A DNA stretch of 64,000 bases from Corallochytrium limacisporum Hawaii (taxonomy: Eukaryota; Protista; Pluriformea): assembly GCA_002811645.1 (NCBI GenBank), contig PDIP01000028.1, forward strand, positions 62,001 to 126,000. The letters run 5' to 3'. A program made the position numbers and the translations under genes. Positions 32,528 through 43,836 of this stretch are shown here, piece by piece. The stretch's first letter is position 1. Every line of letters begins with the position of its first letter. Under the pieces are notes generated by a model. It did no database searches, was not told the DNA's origin, and worked only from the letters and a program-made list of their open reading frames with translations.

Positions 32528-33880
32528 CCGAGGTGACAAGGGAGCACCACCCCCCCCCCCCCTGTCCCCCACTCCCCTCCCCCTTCCCTCTTCCTTTCCC
32601 TTTTTTTTTTCAGCACGATTACAAACACACGCACACACACACACACACAACAGCGAAACCACGGCGCTTTGAACAATCTCCCGTCCCATCCCTTCCCGAC
32701 CCCCCCTCCCTTCCGAGGGGTGTGTTTCGTAGGTGGGCTGGGTTGGGTGTGCCAGGCACCACAGTGTGATTTTGTTGGGGTCCCTTTGTTTTTTTTTTCT
32801 TCCAACAAAACTTGTAGGGTCAGTGGAAACCGAAGAAGGAAAACTGGAAAAAAACGTGAAGAGAACCTCATAAAATATTAGATAAAAAAAAAGGAAAGGA
32901 GAAAGACAGATAAAGAAGGACCCGAAGGGGGCTGTGTTCGTCCGAGAAGGAAAAAAAACACGAGGGAACACAAGGTCAGAGAGTAATTTTGAGTGATGTC
33001 AAGCAGAAATATATGATTAGTATGAATGATTGCCAGTCAGAATATTAGCAGTAGGTACCGATCAGGGGGAAACATCTGAGGACCCGCTGGTGGTGGCACA
33101 TTCCCTCTTTCCCCAAAAATAGAGAAGTAAGAGCCGGATATAGGTAGTAGCGGTACAGACTCCTCGGGTTGGAGTCTGGTGTTATAGTGAGAGATGGGAC
33201 AAATTTTTTTGGGCTATGCTCTTGTCCTGAAGCGCTCTGTTCCAGTGCGCTACCCACAAGAAAAGGGCGAGGAAAGGAACCGCTCCGCTTCCGCAGCAGT
33301 CAACTTTCTTCAAACAGAAAACGGGAGGTCTTGTGTCCCGAAGGGCAGATGGACACATCTCGGACAGCCACATCTTCCTCTTTGTGACAGAAAATGGTAC
33401 TGATTGTATGGCCGTAGATCGGTGGTCCTGGCCTAGGACTGCAAAAGTGAATTTAGCCGATCCCAACTATGCGTCCTTTCAATCACCCTAAGCGCGATCG
33501 GTCGTTTGGTGGGCAGCGGCCGGTTTGACGTTGTGAAATGCGGGCGGTTTCGTTCACAGCACGCGTCGGTCATTGTCACTCATACAAGTGTCACTTTGTG
33601 AAGATACATTGTGAGCGCACCATATACTCATAGTATGAAAGTTCCGAGTTAAACCTGCCGAACAGAGAGTAAAAGATGATTACGTGGGTTTACACATAAG
33701 AGGTATTCAAGAATCCTAAACACTTATGTAGTCCTACACGTTGCTTTATTCTCGAGCAGATTAGTGTCTTGCTTGCCGAGACTTGTTTCGGGTTTGGACT
33801 ACAAGGCCTAGGAGGACTGTTTGTAGTCAGCGGAAGAAAATACACATACAGCACAGGAAAGCAATAGATAGCGACTAAGG

Positions 33881-35992
33881 ATGGCGTCGTCGTCAGTCGC
33901 CCAACGTGGATCAATGCGTCGGTCAAGTTCAGTGCCTGAGCGTACAGAATTGGATCAATTGATAGCATTTGAAAAATATGTAGAGCAACCAAAGGAAATG
34001 CGGGGTTCGCTTGATCAAGCTGAAGCTAGGGGGAAAATTCCTGCCCCTCGTTCACAGGGGTCCGACGGGGGTGTCAATGACTGTGGAGAAGGGCCTTCCA
34101 ATCTCTTTGATAGCCAGGAGAAGTCAACTAGCCGTAGAAGAGTGCAGACAAAGGATGACCTCAGAGAGTTTGTAGACCTTTTGAAGCTGCCTAAACCTTT
34201 TAATGAAATGCGGCGAAAGAAAATTGCAGAAAATCGCCGAGACCTGGCCCTGCAAATGGAGGAGTCCGGCACCGGTCCACTCATTTCTGTTGGAAATTTT
34301 GTCGCCAGCGTGTTTAACAATGGCCTTGACTTGGTCGCTGGGACTGCACGTGTCAGCCTGCAAGCCCTTGACACTGTTACAGATTATCTACCCGGTCTGC
34401 GAAACACAAAGAAATCCATGGTTCAGTTCGTAGCAATTGCCCATGAAACCTATGTCTTGCCAACTACAGAGGTGGCAGCCGAGGTCGCAGAGCACTACAT
34501 CGACAAAGTCATGCATTGGAGCGTACCATCGCTGAAGAAAAGAGCGCTTCAGCGTATCCTTGACACTGCACCATCCTACGAAGAGTGGAAGGATGCCGCA
34601 GAGCAGCTGGATCGTTTGGAAGGTAATGATAAGTGGAAGACGAGCCTGGACGGTGCTCATTTCGATGCAGGACTCATTGCGACTCGTCTGCAGGAGCTTC
34701 GGGAAGCTCGCTTACAGGGTGATGTTAAGCGCATGATGCACCTGCTGCGGTGTGGTTTGTTCCGCAATCTTGGAGGTATGCTGAATCCGGAACTACATGA
34801 ACGCTGCCGTATTGGAACCAAAAAAGTGATCGAAGACTACATCGACGAAGTTGTGCTGCAGCTGGATATGATCGCAAATTGTGACGAATCTGCTTTCACA
34901 AACCAGGAGCTCATTGACTTCTTCTACTACACACGACAATCATTCGGACGGACCGCCTTCTGCTTGTCCGGTGGTGGTGGATGGGGCACATTCCACTTTG
35001 GCCATCTCACTGGCCTAGTGGAATTGGGCATTGTGCCTCGAGTGCTGTCTGGTTCTTCGGTCGGTAGTCTGGTGGCTGCCATTTTCTGTTGCAAGACTGA
35101 CTATGAGCTACTTGAATATGGAGATCCTGACCCTGAGCAATGGATCTTCCTCGAAAGTGCCAACTCTAACCCTCTGATGGATCTCACTTGGAGATTCCTC
35201 AAGACCGGCTATATCTTTGACCACCAACGGCTTCAAGAGGGTATGAGATCCCATCTCGGCGATATTACTTTCCAAGAGGCGTACAATCGCACTCGCCGCA
35301 TTCTGAACATTTCCATCAACTCCACAAAGGAATTCGAGTCTCCTCGACTCCTGAATCACTTGACTGCACCAGATGTTTTGGTCTGGTCGGCTGTCGCGGC
35401 ATCGTGTGCCATTCCTTATGCATTTGCTCCCATCGATCTCATGGCCAAAACCAAGAGTGGAGAGGTCGTGCCATGGAGTATGGATAAGGGGAACACATGG
35501 TCCGACGGCAGTTTCCAAGCCGATCTACCCATGAATCGCATGGCAGAGTTGTTCAACGTCAATCACTTTATTGTCTTCCAGATTAACCCGCATGTAATCC
35601 CAGTCCTCAAGTTTGCTCGGATGTTTGATAGTCTGTTCCCGAATGTGCTGTCTTTGATTTCTGCGGAGTATCGCCATCGGTTTAGTCAACTGTACAATTT
35701 GGGCGTCTTCCCCAAGTTTATCAAGTTGTACCATGATCTCTTGGACCAAAAGTACGATGGAGACATTACCATCATGCCAGATGTAGGACCCGGAGACTAT
35801 AGTTGGGCTGGACGAAATCCATCGGACTGGTGGATGAAGACTGCTGGAAGTCGTGGTAGGCGCAGCATGTACTCGAAGGCATCGGTAATGAAGACCCATT
35901 TGGCCATCGAGCTGGCCCTCGATGAGAATCTGTACCATGTGCGTCTGCGCGAATTGAACCGTCTGGCTGGAAAGTCTAGTTCAAGCTCATAA
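33881..35992 (+). CDS. Patatin-domain triacylglycerol lipase (TGL4/TGL5/SDP1 family)
   Basis: DUF3336-like SYEEWKDAAEQLDRLEGNDKWK, oxyanion LSGGGGWG, nucleophile GSSVG, WSAVAASCA, catalytic WSDGS, ELFNVNHFIV. Confidence 0.93.
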   Translation: MASSSVAQRGSMRRSSSVPERTELDQLIAFEKYVEQPKEMRGSLDQAEARGKIPAPRSQGSDGGVNDCGEGPSNLFDSQEKSTSRRRVQTKDDLREFVDLLKLPKPFNEMRRKKIAENRRDLALQMEESGTGPLISVGNFVASVFNNGLDLVAGTARVSLQALDTVTDYLPGLRNTKKSMVQFVAIAHETYVLPTTEVAAEVAEHYIDKVMHWSVPSLKKRALQRILDTAPSYEEWKDAAEQLDRLEGNDKWKTSLDGAHFDAGLIATRLQELREARLQGDVKRMMHLLRCGLFRNLGGMLNPELHERCRIGTKKVIEDYIDEVVLQLDMIANCDESAFTNQELIDFFYYTRQSFGRTAFCLSGGGGWGTFHFGHLTGLVELGIVPRVLSGSSVGSLVAAIFCCKTDYELLEYGDPDPEQWIFLESANSNPLMDLTWRFLKTGYIFDHQRLQEGMRSHLGDITFQEAYNRTRRILNISINSTKEFESPRLLNHLTAPDVLVWSAVAASCAIPYAFAPIDLMAKTKSGEVVPWSMDKGNTWSDGSFQADLPMNRMAELFNVNHFIVFQINPHVIPVLKFARMFDSLFPNVLSLISAEYRHRFSQLYNLGVFPKFIKLYHDLLDQKYDGDITIMPDVGPGDYSWAGRNPSDWWMKTAGSRGRRSMYSKASVMKTHLAIELALDENLYHVRLRELNRLAGKSSSSS

Positions 35993-36970
35993 CTTTCCAC
36001 GAGGTAGTGCGCCGGCTGTTTCCTTGCATAGTAGAAATAATAACCATACTCGGATTTACCGTGTTCTGGATAGTTCTCTTTGGTACGGTGATGCTGGACA
36101 AGAGTTCGTCTCAACGGGTCATCCTAGCCCCCCCCCCCCGGTGGGCCCCCTTTCTTCTCTTTGGGTGCAAACGCTCCGTATACAAATATGAAGCCCTGGC
36201 GTGGGCACAGGGAGTGGGATTCCCTTTTGGTTCTTTGAGGCGCATTCCAAAATACATAAATATGCTATCCGTATGAATGAATACATGGAAAATATATGAT
36301 ATGTGTATGTTAATATCTCATTTTTAAAATTATAAATTATCCGGATACAAATAAATATAGTTTCCCTCAGAGCTGGAAAGGGACGGACCGCATGTCGATC
36401 AGCTGTGGGCCTCTGGGTGCTAGTTGTGTTCTAGCTCAGTTGCTGCGCCAACAAACAACTACATTGCCACCCCCTTTCCCATCTTTTCACACCCACTGAC
36501 TGCGCCCCGCAGCAGTCAATGCAGAGCGGAGAGTCTCACCACCCTTCCCTGTCCCCCAAAAGACCAAAAGAGAGCAGGGAATATATGCACTTCGTGTCGT
36601 CCCGGTGGAAACAAACAAGTCACAACACACGTTAAGAGTTACCAGCCCCTGCAGTCCCCTGAAGCGAAGGGTTATCTAGCCCGAGATGCACAATGTGAGG
36701 AAAGCGGCCCAAACTCGTGTGCCTTAGCTCGCAAAGCAGATTTACATGCCTAGAGCGGCGAAAGCACTAGAGAGTACCGAAACTGGTGCCCTTTTTGCAG
36801 GGAATAAATATTGTTCCGCGTGAAGGATATACCGATAGAACGATTGAGATTATGGCGGTCTTATCGTCTATCTTACTATTTGAAGTAGCTACAACGTTAT
36901 TACAAGAGCCCAAAGCTGGGCTGAGCATGAACGGTCACTAGCTTCACGTAAACATATCCGCAAGGTCACC

Positions 36971-37303
36971 ATGAACACTCTCATTAGGACAGCGCAAACT
37001 GGCCTCGGGGCCGTCAGCAGCGTAGTAAACGCTACAGCACCACATGTCAGTAAGTTTGCTTCCAACTACATTAAGGAGGCAGCACCTCCCATGCCCAAGG
37101 ACATGCCTGCCATCACACGGGGATTCACAGATCTAGTGAAGAGCGCACAGCGTATGGAGTTCATGAACGCCACCGTTGGCGAGGTTGCTCTGTCCGGCGC
37201 TGTTTTGTTCGAGGTCTTCGGTTGGTTCATGGTTGGGGAAATCATCGGCCGCCGACACTTCATCGGATACAAGGGTCTCGAGGGCGCTGACGGTCACCAC
37301 TAA
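36971..37303 (+). CDS. ATP5MG: Mitochondrial ATP synthase subunit g
   Basis: 110 aa; EAAPP and the C-terminal EVFGWFMVGEIIGRRHFIGY with the GxxxG dimerisation motif. Confidence 0.93.
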   Translation: MNTLIRTAQTGLGAVSSVVNATAPHVSKFASNYIKEAAPPMPKDMPAITRGFTDLVKSAQRMEFMNATVGEVALSGAVLFEVFGWFMVGEIIGRRHFIGYKGLEGADGHH

Positions 37304-37417
37304 ATGTTCTACGGGTATGGAATCCAGAAACGCGAAAATAGAGAAAATTACATAGATGAAACATGAATGCTGTAGTCATACTTTATGGTCAACTTCGGAA
37401 TAGGAAATTGTCAACTT

Positions 37418-38294
37418 TCACATTCTGTCCAAGGCACCCTGCCGTATCAGGTGTTCCACGTCTGAGAAGCGCACCAAGTGCCTGGAGCCTTTGTGTAAGT
37501 GGAGGACACCATTCGCTGTCTGCACGTCCCCTATATCTTCATTGACCACAACTTCCACAAAGATTGATGTGGGCGGCGCCAACCCCTGTTCATACCAAAA
37601 CCATCTCGGCAACATCTCCGTTCTGTTAGTAACTGATTGTTCAGACTGGTCCTTGCAGGGCAAAATGGCTCTATACATACCTTTGTCAGATCTAAATCGA
37701 TGCTCTCCACACGCATGCTAATCGTCTGCGAATAGTCACCAATGAGCTGAGAGTATCTCTGGAAAAAGGATAATTCCTCTTCGCTCAAACATTTTGTTTG
37801 TTCCTGAGTGAGGCTGCCCTGGTTCCAGAATAGAGCTTCCAATCGACTCATGCGTTCCTTCAAATACGTGATGCCACAGCGAACATTGTGATTGACTGCT
37901 GCAATCTCTGCCGACAGAATTGCCTCCTCATGAGCTTTGTTTGGCACCCGCCTGTTGACAAGATAAAATAGAGGATGTACAGTGGTTAGATGAAAGCTCT
38001 ATCTTTCCCATTTAACATGGTAGAAATACACATAAACATATTCCTCCAGTGTACTTACCTTATACAACTGTCAGAAAGCTCGTTGATCTCACACATACAG
38101 CCACGCAATCCATTTTCCTGGACAATAAGGGGAATTGAATGAAATAAGCAATGTCTGTTAGTCAAAATGCTGGGTCCAGAAATATTTATCCAATAATGTT
38201 CAGGTTCTATACCTACGTCGTACGGAGGAAGCGTGTTGGGGCTCCTCAACTCTCGCACCAGTCCAATTCCAGATTTGCAGTAAATTCCTACCAT
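37418..38294 (-). CDS. PSF1: GINS complex subunit PSF1; 4 exons (38294-38217, 38117-38059, 37951-37681, 37585-37418), 191 aa
   Basis: Three GT-AG introns (GTAGGT, GTAAGT, GTATGT; 99, 107 and 95 nt; each with CTAAC) join LPPYD|E.., NVRCGITYLKERM, LSEEELSFFQRY, DLDLTK|GLAPPTSIFVEV, and DVEHLIRQGAL in one frame (576 nt). Confidence 0.9.
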
Positions 38295-38668
38295 TGTGTG
38301 TGTCCTACAAACTTGTTTTCTTATCTTCTGGTCCGCATCTATGCGAAGAAATCCCTTCTTCCTTTCGCAGACGTATTGTTGATGCCTATCGGGGTGCTTG
38401 TTTCGGGGAACACTGTGATACGCTCGTGGAAAGAGGTGCTCACACGCTGATCACGACCCCTTTTATAGAGATCTCACAAATTTCTTCAACGGCTGCCAGT
38501 TCGAGCCAGTCCTAACCTGATTTTCAGATTCTGCTGGAGAGGATGGAATGTGGGACGACTGTTGGTTGCCTGGCATGGTATTCACTGCAGCTGTAGTTTC
38601 CCTTTTGGTGTGCTCTTGTCAGAAGACTGCAGGAAGAGGGGCCCTAGGGGAGTTTCGGACACCAAACA

Positions 38669-38687
38669 TTTCGCGCGCATTTCCGCC
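38669..38687. promoter_or_regulatory. E2F-like sites (TTTCGCGC, TTTCCGCC) in the PSF1/JMJD7 divergent promoter
   Basis: The first site matches the TTTSSCGC consensus, about 375 nt upstream of the PSF1 ATG. Confidence 0.4.
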
Positions 38688-39200
38688 CTCCCCTCCCCCC
38701 CCCCCCCCCCCTGGGGGGGGGGGCCGACAGGTGGACCAAGCCACAGAGGAAATCTGGTCCGACAAAAGTAAAGCTAATGAGGAAGAAAAAGTTGAGCCAA
38801 GAGGCATGCGCTCTTCCCTGGCTTCCTCGCACACCAGCGGTGCCAGGGAACCTCGTAGGCCTACCAAGTGTCAAATCGTTGACAAATCGTTTGCAACAGG
38901 ACGGTTTGTTGGTGGTGGTGGAAGCGTCGGTGAAAAGGAACGGTGGGCGACATCGCTTTCACTGCTATGCTACGCGAGGTGAGGCACGTTGGCGCAAGAA
39001 ATCGGGCGGAGTAAATCGGCCCCCCTCCCCTCCGGGAAAAACCCGCCACCTGGTCCCGTTCGCAGACTGTCTTGGTTTGCAAAGATGACAAGCATTTTGA
39101 TGGTATTTTGCTGTTTGAGTAAGGAAACACTGACTACGGAAGGGACAGTCTGAATGTGTGAGTTCATTGGTATAATGGTGTGTTTGCAGAATGGTGTGAT

Positions 39201-40169
39201 ATGGATGCGCTCAGGAGCGCACTAAGCACGCTTCACGACGAGGTTTACGAGAGCAGCGTAACAGCAGGTGGGCAGATTGAGGAGAGACACGATGTGCCGA
39301 CTCCATTGGAGTTCTTGAGAGATTTTGTGAAGCCTAATCGGCCATTGATCGTTCGCGGCTATGCGAACAGTGCAGAATGGAGAGCGTTCCGCAAATGGCG
39401 GGATTCGGAGTATCTCATTACCCAATCAGAGGGCCAAAAGGTAACAGTCAGTGTCACACCAAACGGTCTTGCAGATGCCATAACGGAGTACAACGGAAAG
39501 AAATACTTTGTTTTACCCGAAGAGCGACAAATGACAGTGGAAGAGCTACTTCGGTGCCTGCGAGGGTTGCGGAAAACTGAGAAGTCAGAAGAGATTTGGT
39601 ATGCGCAAGGTCAGAATGATTGCTTCCGAAATGAGTTTAGTTTCCTAGCTGATGATATCCCCATGGACATCAGAGTGATGACAAGCGCTCTGAATAGGCA
39701 GCCTGATAATGTAAATATCTGGATTGGTACTGAAAAATCGTACACATCCATGCACAGGGACTTTTTTGAGAACTGGTACGTTGTCTTGACGGGATCCAAG
39801 ACGTTTAGGCTTTGCAATCCAAGCGAAGCTGCACGACTTTCTTACAATCGCTACCCGACAAGACAATGGAAGCGGGATCCTTTGTCGCAAAAATGGAAAC
39901 TAGAAGAGCTGCAAGATGTGAAGGAAACGCCATGGATTGACGAGACAACTGTTGACCGCCAGCATTCAGCTGTCGTCACCTTGGGTCCCGGTGATGCACT
40001 GTACCTGCCTTCGATGTGGTACCATAACGTGGCCCAGAATGCAATTGATGACGACTTTGTCATTGCGGTCAACTACTGGTATGACATGGACTTTGACGCT
40101 CTATACCACTACCGAAAGTTCATCAACGACATTGCGGAAGCATGCAAACAGCAAGACATAGAAGGGTGA
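39201..40169 (+). CDS. JMJD7: JmjC-domain 2-oxoglutarate oxygenase, JMJD7-like
   Basis: PTPLEFLRDFV..NRP, VSVTPNGLADA, YAQGQND, NIWIG, Fe ligands SMHRD...WYHNV, IAVNYWYDM. First ATG at 39201. Confidence 0.9.
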   Translation: MDALRSALSTLHDEVYESSVTAGGQIEERHDVPTPLEFLRDFVKPNRPLIVRGYANSAEWRAFRKWRDSEYLITQSEGQKVTVSVTPNGLADAITEYNGKKYFVLPEERQMTVEELLRCLRGLRKTEKSEEIWYAQGQNDCFRNEFSFLADDIPMDIRVMTSALNRQPDNVNIWIGTEKSYTSMHRDFFENWYVVLTGSKTFRLCNPSEAARLSYNRYPTRQWKRDPLSQKWKLEELQDVKETPWIDETTVDRQHSAVVTLGPGDALYLPSMWYHNVAQNAIDDDFVIAVNYWYDMDFDALYHYRKFINDIAEACKQQDIEG

Positions 40170-40776
40170 ATTTTTGTATACCTGCACAAGGATCTCCCAA
40201 AACTTCCCATCCCTCATTGGAGGGAACCCCCCCTGAAAAACACACACAAATATTCTTACACACAAATTTTTGAAAATTTTCCCCATTCTAAGAAAATTTC
40301 GTTAGTCTGGTGTACTCCGAAAATTGTTCCCGGTCCGTAATTTCCCTCTAGTACCAAATATACCAGGTGTGCGTTTCTCATCCACTCCAATACTGGACTC
40401 ACCAGGGTTCCAGTGTCCAGGCCATTCAGTATTGAAGGAGATTCTAGCGCTGCGGGTGCCCGTAGGCCGGCCCGGTACTGAACCACCTAAGACCCATACC
40501 GTCTTCAGAGGCCCTATAGCCAAACTGAAAAGGCAATTGTAACCCGAGCTGCACTAGCACATCTGCCACAGGTCTGTCTGTGTCAAACGGTTTGAATGTA
40601 AGAAACATGGATAGCGTGCAATAGTGAACTAAAAGATGTACAATTGTGGATGAACTATAGGTCTGGGCGGTACCGACCAGGTACAAGATCTTTCGCAGCA
40701 GGTATTCATTCACTTTGAAGATTTTTCCTCATGAACATCGTTTTCATCACGGTTTCAAATCATAAACAATATCAAA

Positions 40777-41166
40777 ATGGTGAAGAAGGAGCGTAAGGGA
40801 AAGTCCTCTCTGGACGAGGTTGTGACTCGCGAGCTCACTATGAACCTGCACAAGCGTATCCACGGCGTCGGTTTCAAGAAGCGCGCTCCCCGGGCCATTA
40901 AGGAGATCCGCGCTTTCGTCGAGAAGCACATGGGTACCAAGGACGTGCGTGTTTCCACTAGCGTGAACGAGGCTGTCTGGAGCCAGGGTGTGCGCAATCC
41001 CCCTCACCGCCTGCGTCTGCGTCTCCACCGCAAGCGCAACGAGGACGAAGATGCCACCGAGAAGCTGTACACTCTTGTTGAGTACATCCCCATCAAGGAC
41101 TGGAAGCAGCTGCGTGGTGCTGAGAACCAGGGCCGTCAGTGCGTCACTGTCGATGATGCTGAGTAA
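40777..41166 (+). CDS. RPL31: 60S ribosomal protein eL31
   Basis: [31 protein letters not shown]...RKRNEDED; strongly biased codon usage. Confidence 0.98.
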   Translation: MVKKERKGKSSLDEVVTRELTMNLHKRIHGVGFKKRAPRAIKEIRAFVEKHMGTKDVRVSTSVNEAVWSQGVRNPPHRLRLRLHRKRNEDEDATEKLYTLVEYIPIKDWKQLRGAENQGRQCVTVDDAE

Positions 41167-41566
41167 GTGTTTTACCTTTCACGTATCATATAATTGTTTT
41201 GTAGCACGGAAAGTCTCGGGTAAGATTCGGGGTTGGCCAACAACTCTCCCGAGCAAATCGGTCATGAAAGCATAATTCTTTTGTTCTAACATAACGTAGC
41301 AAATTTGTCAGTGAGCACTGTCTCGCTGCTCAAACCGATCCATAACATAAGCACACAGCATACGACATGTTTTTCCGTGATGTCATGTCTAAATAGTACT
41401 GGAGTGCGAAAGCATGATTGCATGCCCGCACCTCCAACATCCACATCACATCTTATGAACTCACACTTCGTGCGGCTTGCCTGAGCGCGTCGTCTGTTGG
41501 ATGGGTCCATATTTCTTTCACATAGGATAATATAAATCATCTCTTTTTGCTTAAGATTGGCTTGGG

Positions 41567-43003
41567 TTATGGTTCTCTTGGGGCATTGGGAACACGCTGG
41601 TGAACTGCATTCTCAGCGGCCTGATCTTTCGACACTCTTTGCTTGAGCATGTGCTTCATAGCCTGGATGTAGGTCAGGCCATCAATGGTCTCATTGACAT
41701 CAAGAGCTCGGATGGATGCAGCCGTCATGAAGGCCAGCATCGGACATTTCGTCAGAAAGCGACCACTGAAGGTTGCTCTAAGTGCAGTTTCTAGAATACT
41801 CCAAAGTCGGTGACATTCTTTGCTCCATGGATCTTGTTTCATATGGATCAGGACGTCAATTACAGGGGGCATGAAGTACTCGTTGTGTATCAAGCCTTTC
41901 CTGATCAACTCATTAACACCTCGACGCAAGATTTCATATCGGTGAAAACCATTGGGGTGATCTATGTGACATTCAAGGTCTACCCGATCCAAAAAGGCTG
42001 TATCAATACTCCTTAGGAGATTGGATGTACACAGTATACTGATGCGCGGATCGCTCGCAAGCCCATCAATTCTGGTCAATAATGCATTCACAGCCCTCAG
42101 AGAGTCTGCAGGATCCCCTTTCCCATTTTCTCTCTGCATACTGATGCTTTCAATTTCATCAATGATGACCACAACACTGGTATTATGGTCGACAGCAAGC
42201 TGCTTGATTTGGGCAAACAGACGTCCGACGGATTTGCCAGACTCGCTGAACCATTTAGAGTACAGATTCTGGGTATTGACTGTCACTAACATGCATGGAC
42301 TACCACTGATGATTGCCATTTTTTGGGCGATGGCTTGGCACAAGGAAGTCTTACCGCCCCCTGGAGGGCCATGAAGGAGGGCAATTCTGTTCCAATTTAT
42401 GCAATTCTGATCAATCTTCGCAGCGCTGAACAAACGAGACGTCTGTAAGAATTGAAGCAACTTGTCCTTGGTTGACAGTGGGATGGCAAGTGAGTTATGA
42501 ACTCCATCATACTGAATGTGAGGTAACAACTGGACCTGGCCCAATGATCCCTCTTGCTCCTGGGCAGTAGGATCACCAGCAAGATCTGTATAGTAGCCAT
42601 CAGACAGGGAATATACATGCACGGCTGTGCGTGGGTTTTCCGTGAACGATTGGACTTGGGTGCGGAAGTAAATATCAATGTGCTTGATCAAAGAAATCAG
42701 TCCAGCAATAGGTTCTGCTATTGCAAGATGTCGTACTGCTACCTTCTGAAAATCAATTCTAAAGTGAGATTGCGCCCCTTTCATTGCGCCATCCAAGTGG
42801 AGATGGAGAACATTCAACGAACCCATCATGAATTCGAATCTCTCTGTACAAAATGAGTTGACGAAAGCCAAGATTGGACCGCTTGCCACAACTTCCTTGT
42901 GCCTGTCATTGATGCAACATACTTCGATCTGTTGTATCATAATACCAAGGCTACCCGATCCCCTAGGTGAATCATTCTCTAACTTGCGTTTGTTAGTTCC
43001 CAT
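41567..43003 (-). CDS. PCH2: Pachytene checkpoint AAA+ ATPase PCH2/TRIP13
   Basis: INWNRIALLHGPPGGGKTSLC, SKWFSESGK, IIDEIES, DSLRAVNALLT, IDTAFLDRVD. Start set at the first ATG (43003). Confidence 0.9.
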   Translation of the reverse strand: MGTNKRKLENDSPRGSGSLGIMIQQIEVCCINDRHKEVVASGPILAFVNSFCTERFEFMMGSLNVLHLHLDGAMKGAQSHFRIDFQKVAVRHLAIAEPIAGLISLIKHIDIYFRTQVQSFTENPRTAVHVYSLSDGYYTDLAGDPTAQEQEGSLGQVQLLPHIQYDGVHNSLAIPLSTKDKLLQFLQTSRLFSAAKIDQNCINWNRIALLHGPPGGGKTSLCQAIAQKMAIISGSPCMLVTVNTQNLYSKWFSESGKSVGRLFAQIKQLAVDHNTSVVVIIDEIESISMQRENGKGDPADSLRAVNALLTRIDGLASDPRISILCTSNLLRSIDTAFLDRVDLECHIDHPNGFHRYEILRRGVNELIRKGLIHNEYFMPPVIDVLIHMKQDPWSKECHRLWSILETALRATFSGRFLTKCPMLAFMTAASIRALDVNETIDGLTYIQAMKHMLKQRVSKDQAAENAVHQRVPNAPREP

Positions 43004-43836
43004 GCTGATCGCCAAGGGGTCGACATCCGCAGACTTGATTTGTATGGCTATGTAGCTGATTGCTCCGATCACTGAACGCACGACCTTAAGGAAGCACAAT
43101 TCATATACACGGATCAGTCTTTGTAATGTTGGCAGACATAGCCACCCTAGATACCTTCTTTCATGATCTTTGAGACCCGTTGAGGGAGTCAGCCACCTTT
43201 GAGAGCTTTTCCCCCTGTTCCCCCTTGTCCCCACCAATACCGGCTGGGAGACCCGCCCCTGCTGAGGTGTTCGCGCCGATCGTAATTACGTCGTGTGCTC
43301 GGGTATTCGAAAGAGAGGAGGCATTGTTCAACGTTATGGTTGCAAAGTCAAATGATCAATGATGCGTTGACCTACCATGTACAAGCCACATGCCCCATGC
43401 CTCTGCGAGACTTCTCCACCGTCGACGTGAAGACCGCAACAGCACTGGCAATTCCGTATGCAGACCTTGGTTGGGTGCCTATGGTCGCCGAAGAACATGA
43501 CATGGACATATTATCAGAGTTGTGGAGGAACAGACAAATGGGGCACCTCAAGTTTTCACACTGATTAATGCGGTCAACAGGGCCATCTGGAAACCACTTC
43601 CATCCAATGTAAAACACCTTTTGCCGTGGACATTGTGGCGCTATCACCGTCAATTGCGCGGAGTATGCGAATGCCACTGTGCAAATCCATCGTCTGCTCA
43701 GGAAGGACCCACCAAAAATGCAAGTCGGAAGGCAGCGTATGAACAAACAAAAACTCAGATGAACCCACAGACACCAGCACCTTGACAATCCCATTGGTGG
43801 TGCAGAGGGGTGTATGAATACAGATGGTAAAGCAGG

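Noticed and set aside
32281-32575. Near-direct repeat ccgaggtgacaaggga...poly-C...tgtccccc on both sides of the 200-N gap
   Set aside because: Most simply unmerged overlapping contig ends at a homopolymer; not evidence of a real repeat or target-site duplication.
43004-43237. Non-ATG N-terminal extensions in the ORF track (PCH2, also UAP1, ACC, GCVT, JMJD7, TAF12)
   Set aside because: Artefacts of allowing GTG/TTG starts in a eukaryote; the first ATGs give plausible N-termini.
43372-43836. Open frame of about 155 codons continuing past the PDRG1 TGA-C stop
   Set aside because: The context is TGA-CCT rather than TGA-CTA, the peptide is not protein-like, and it has no targeting signal.
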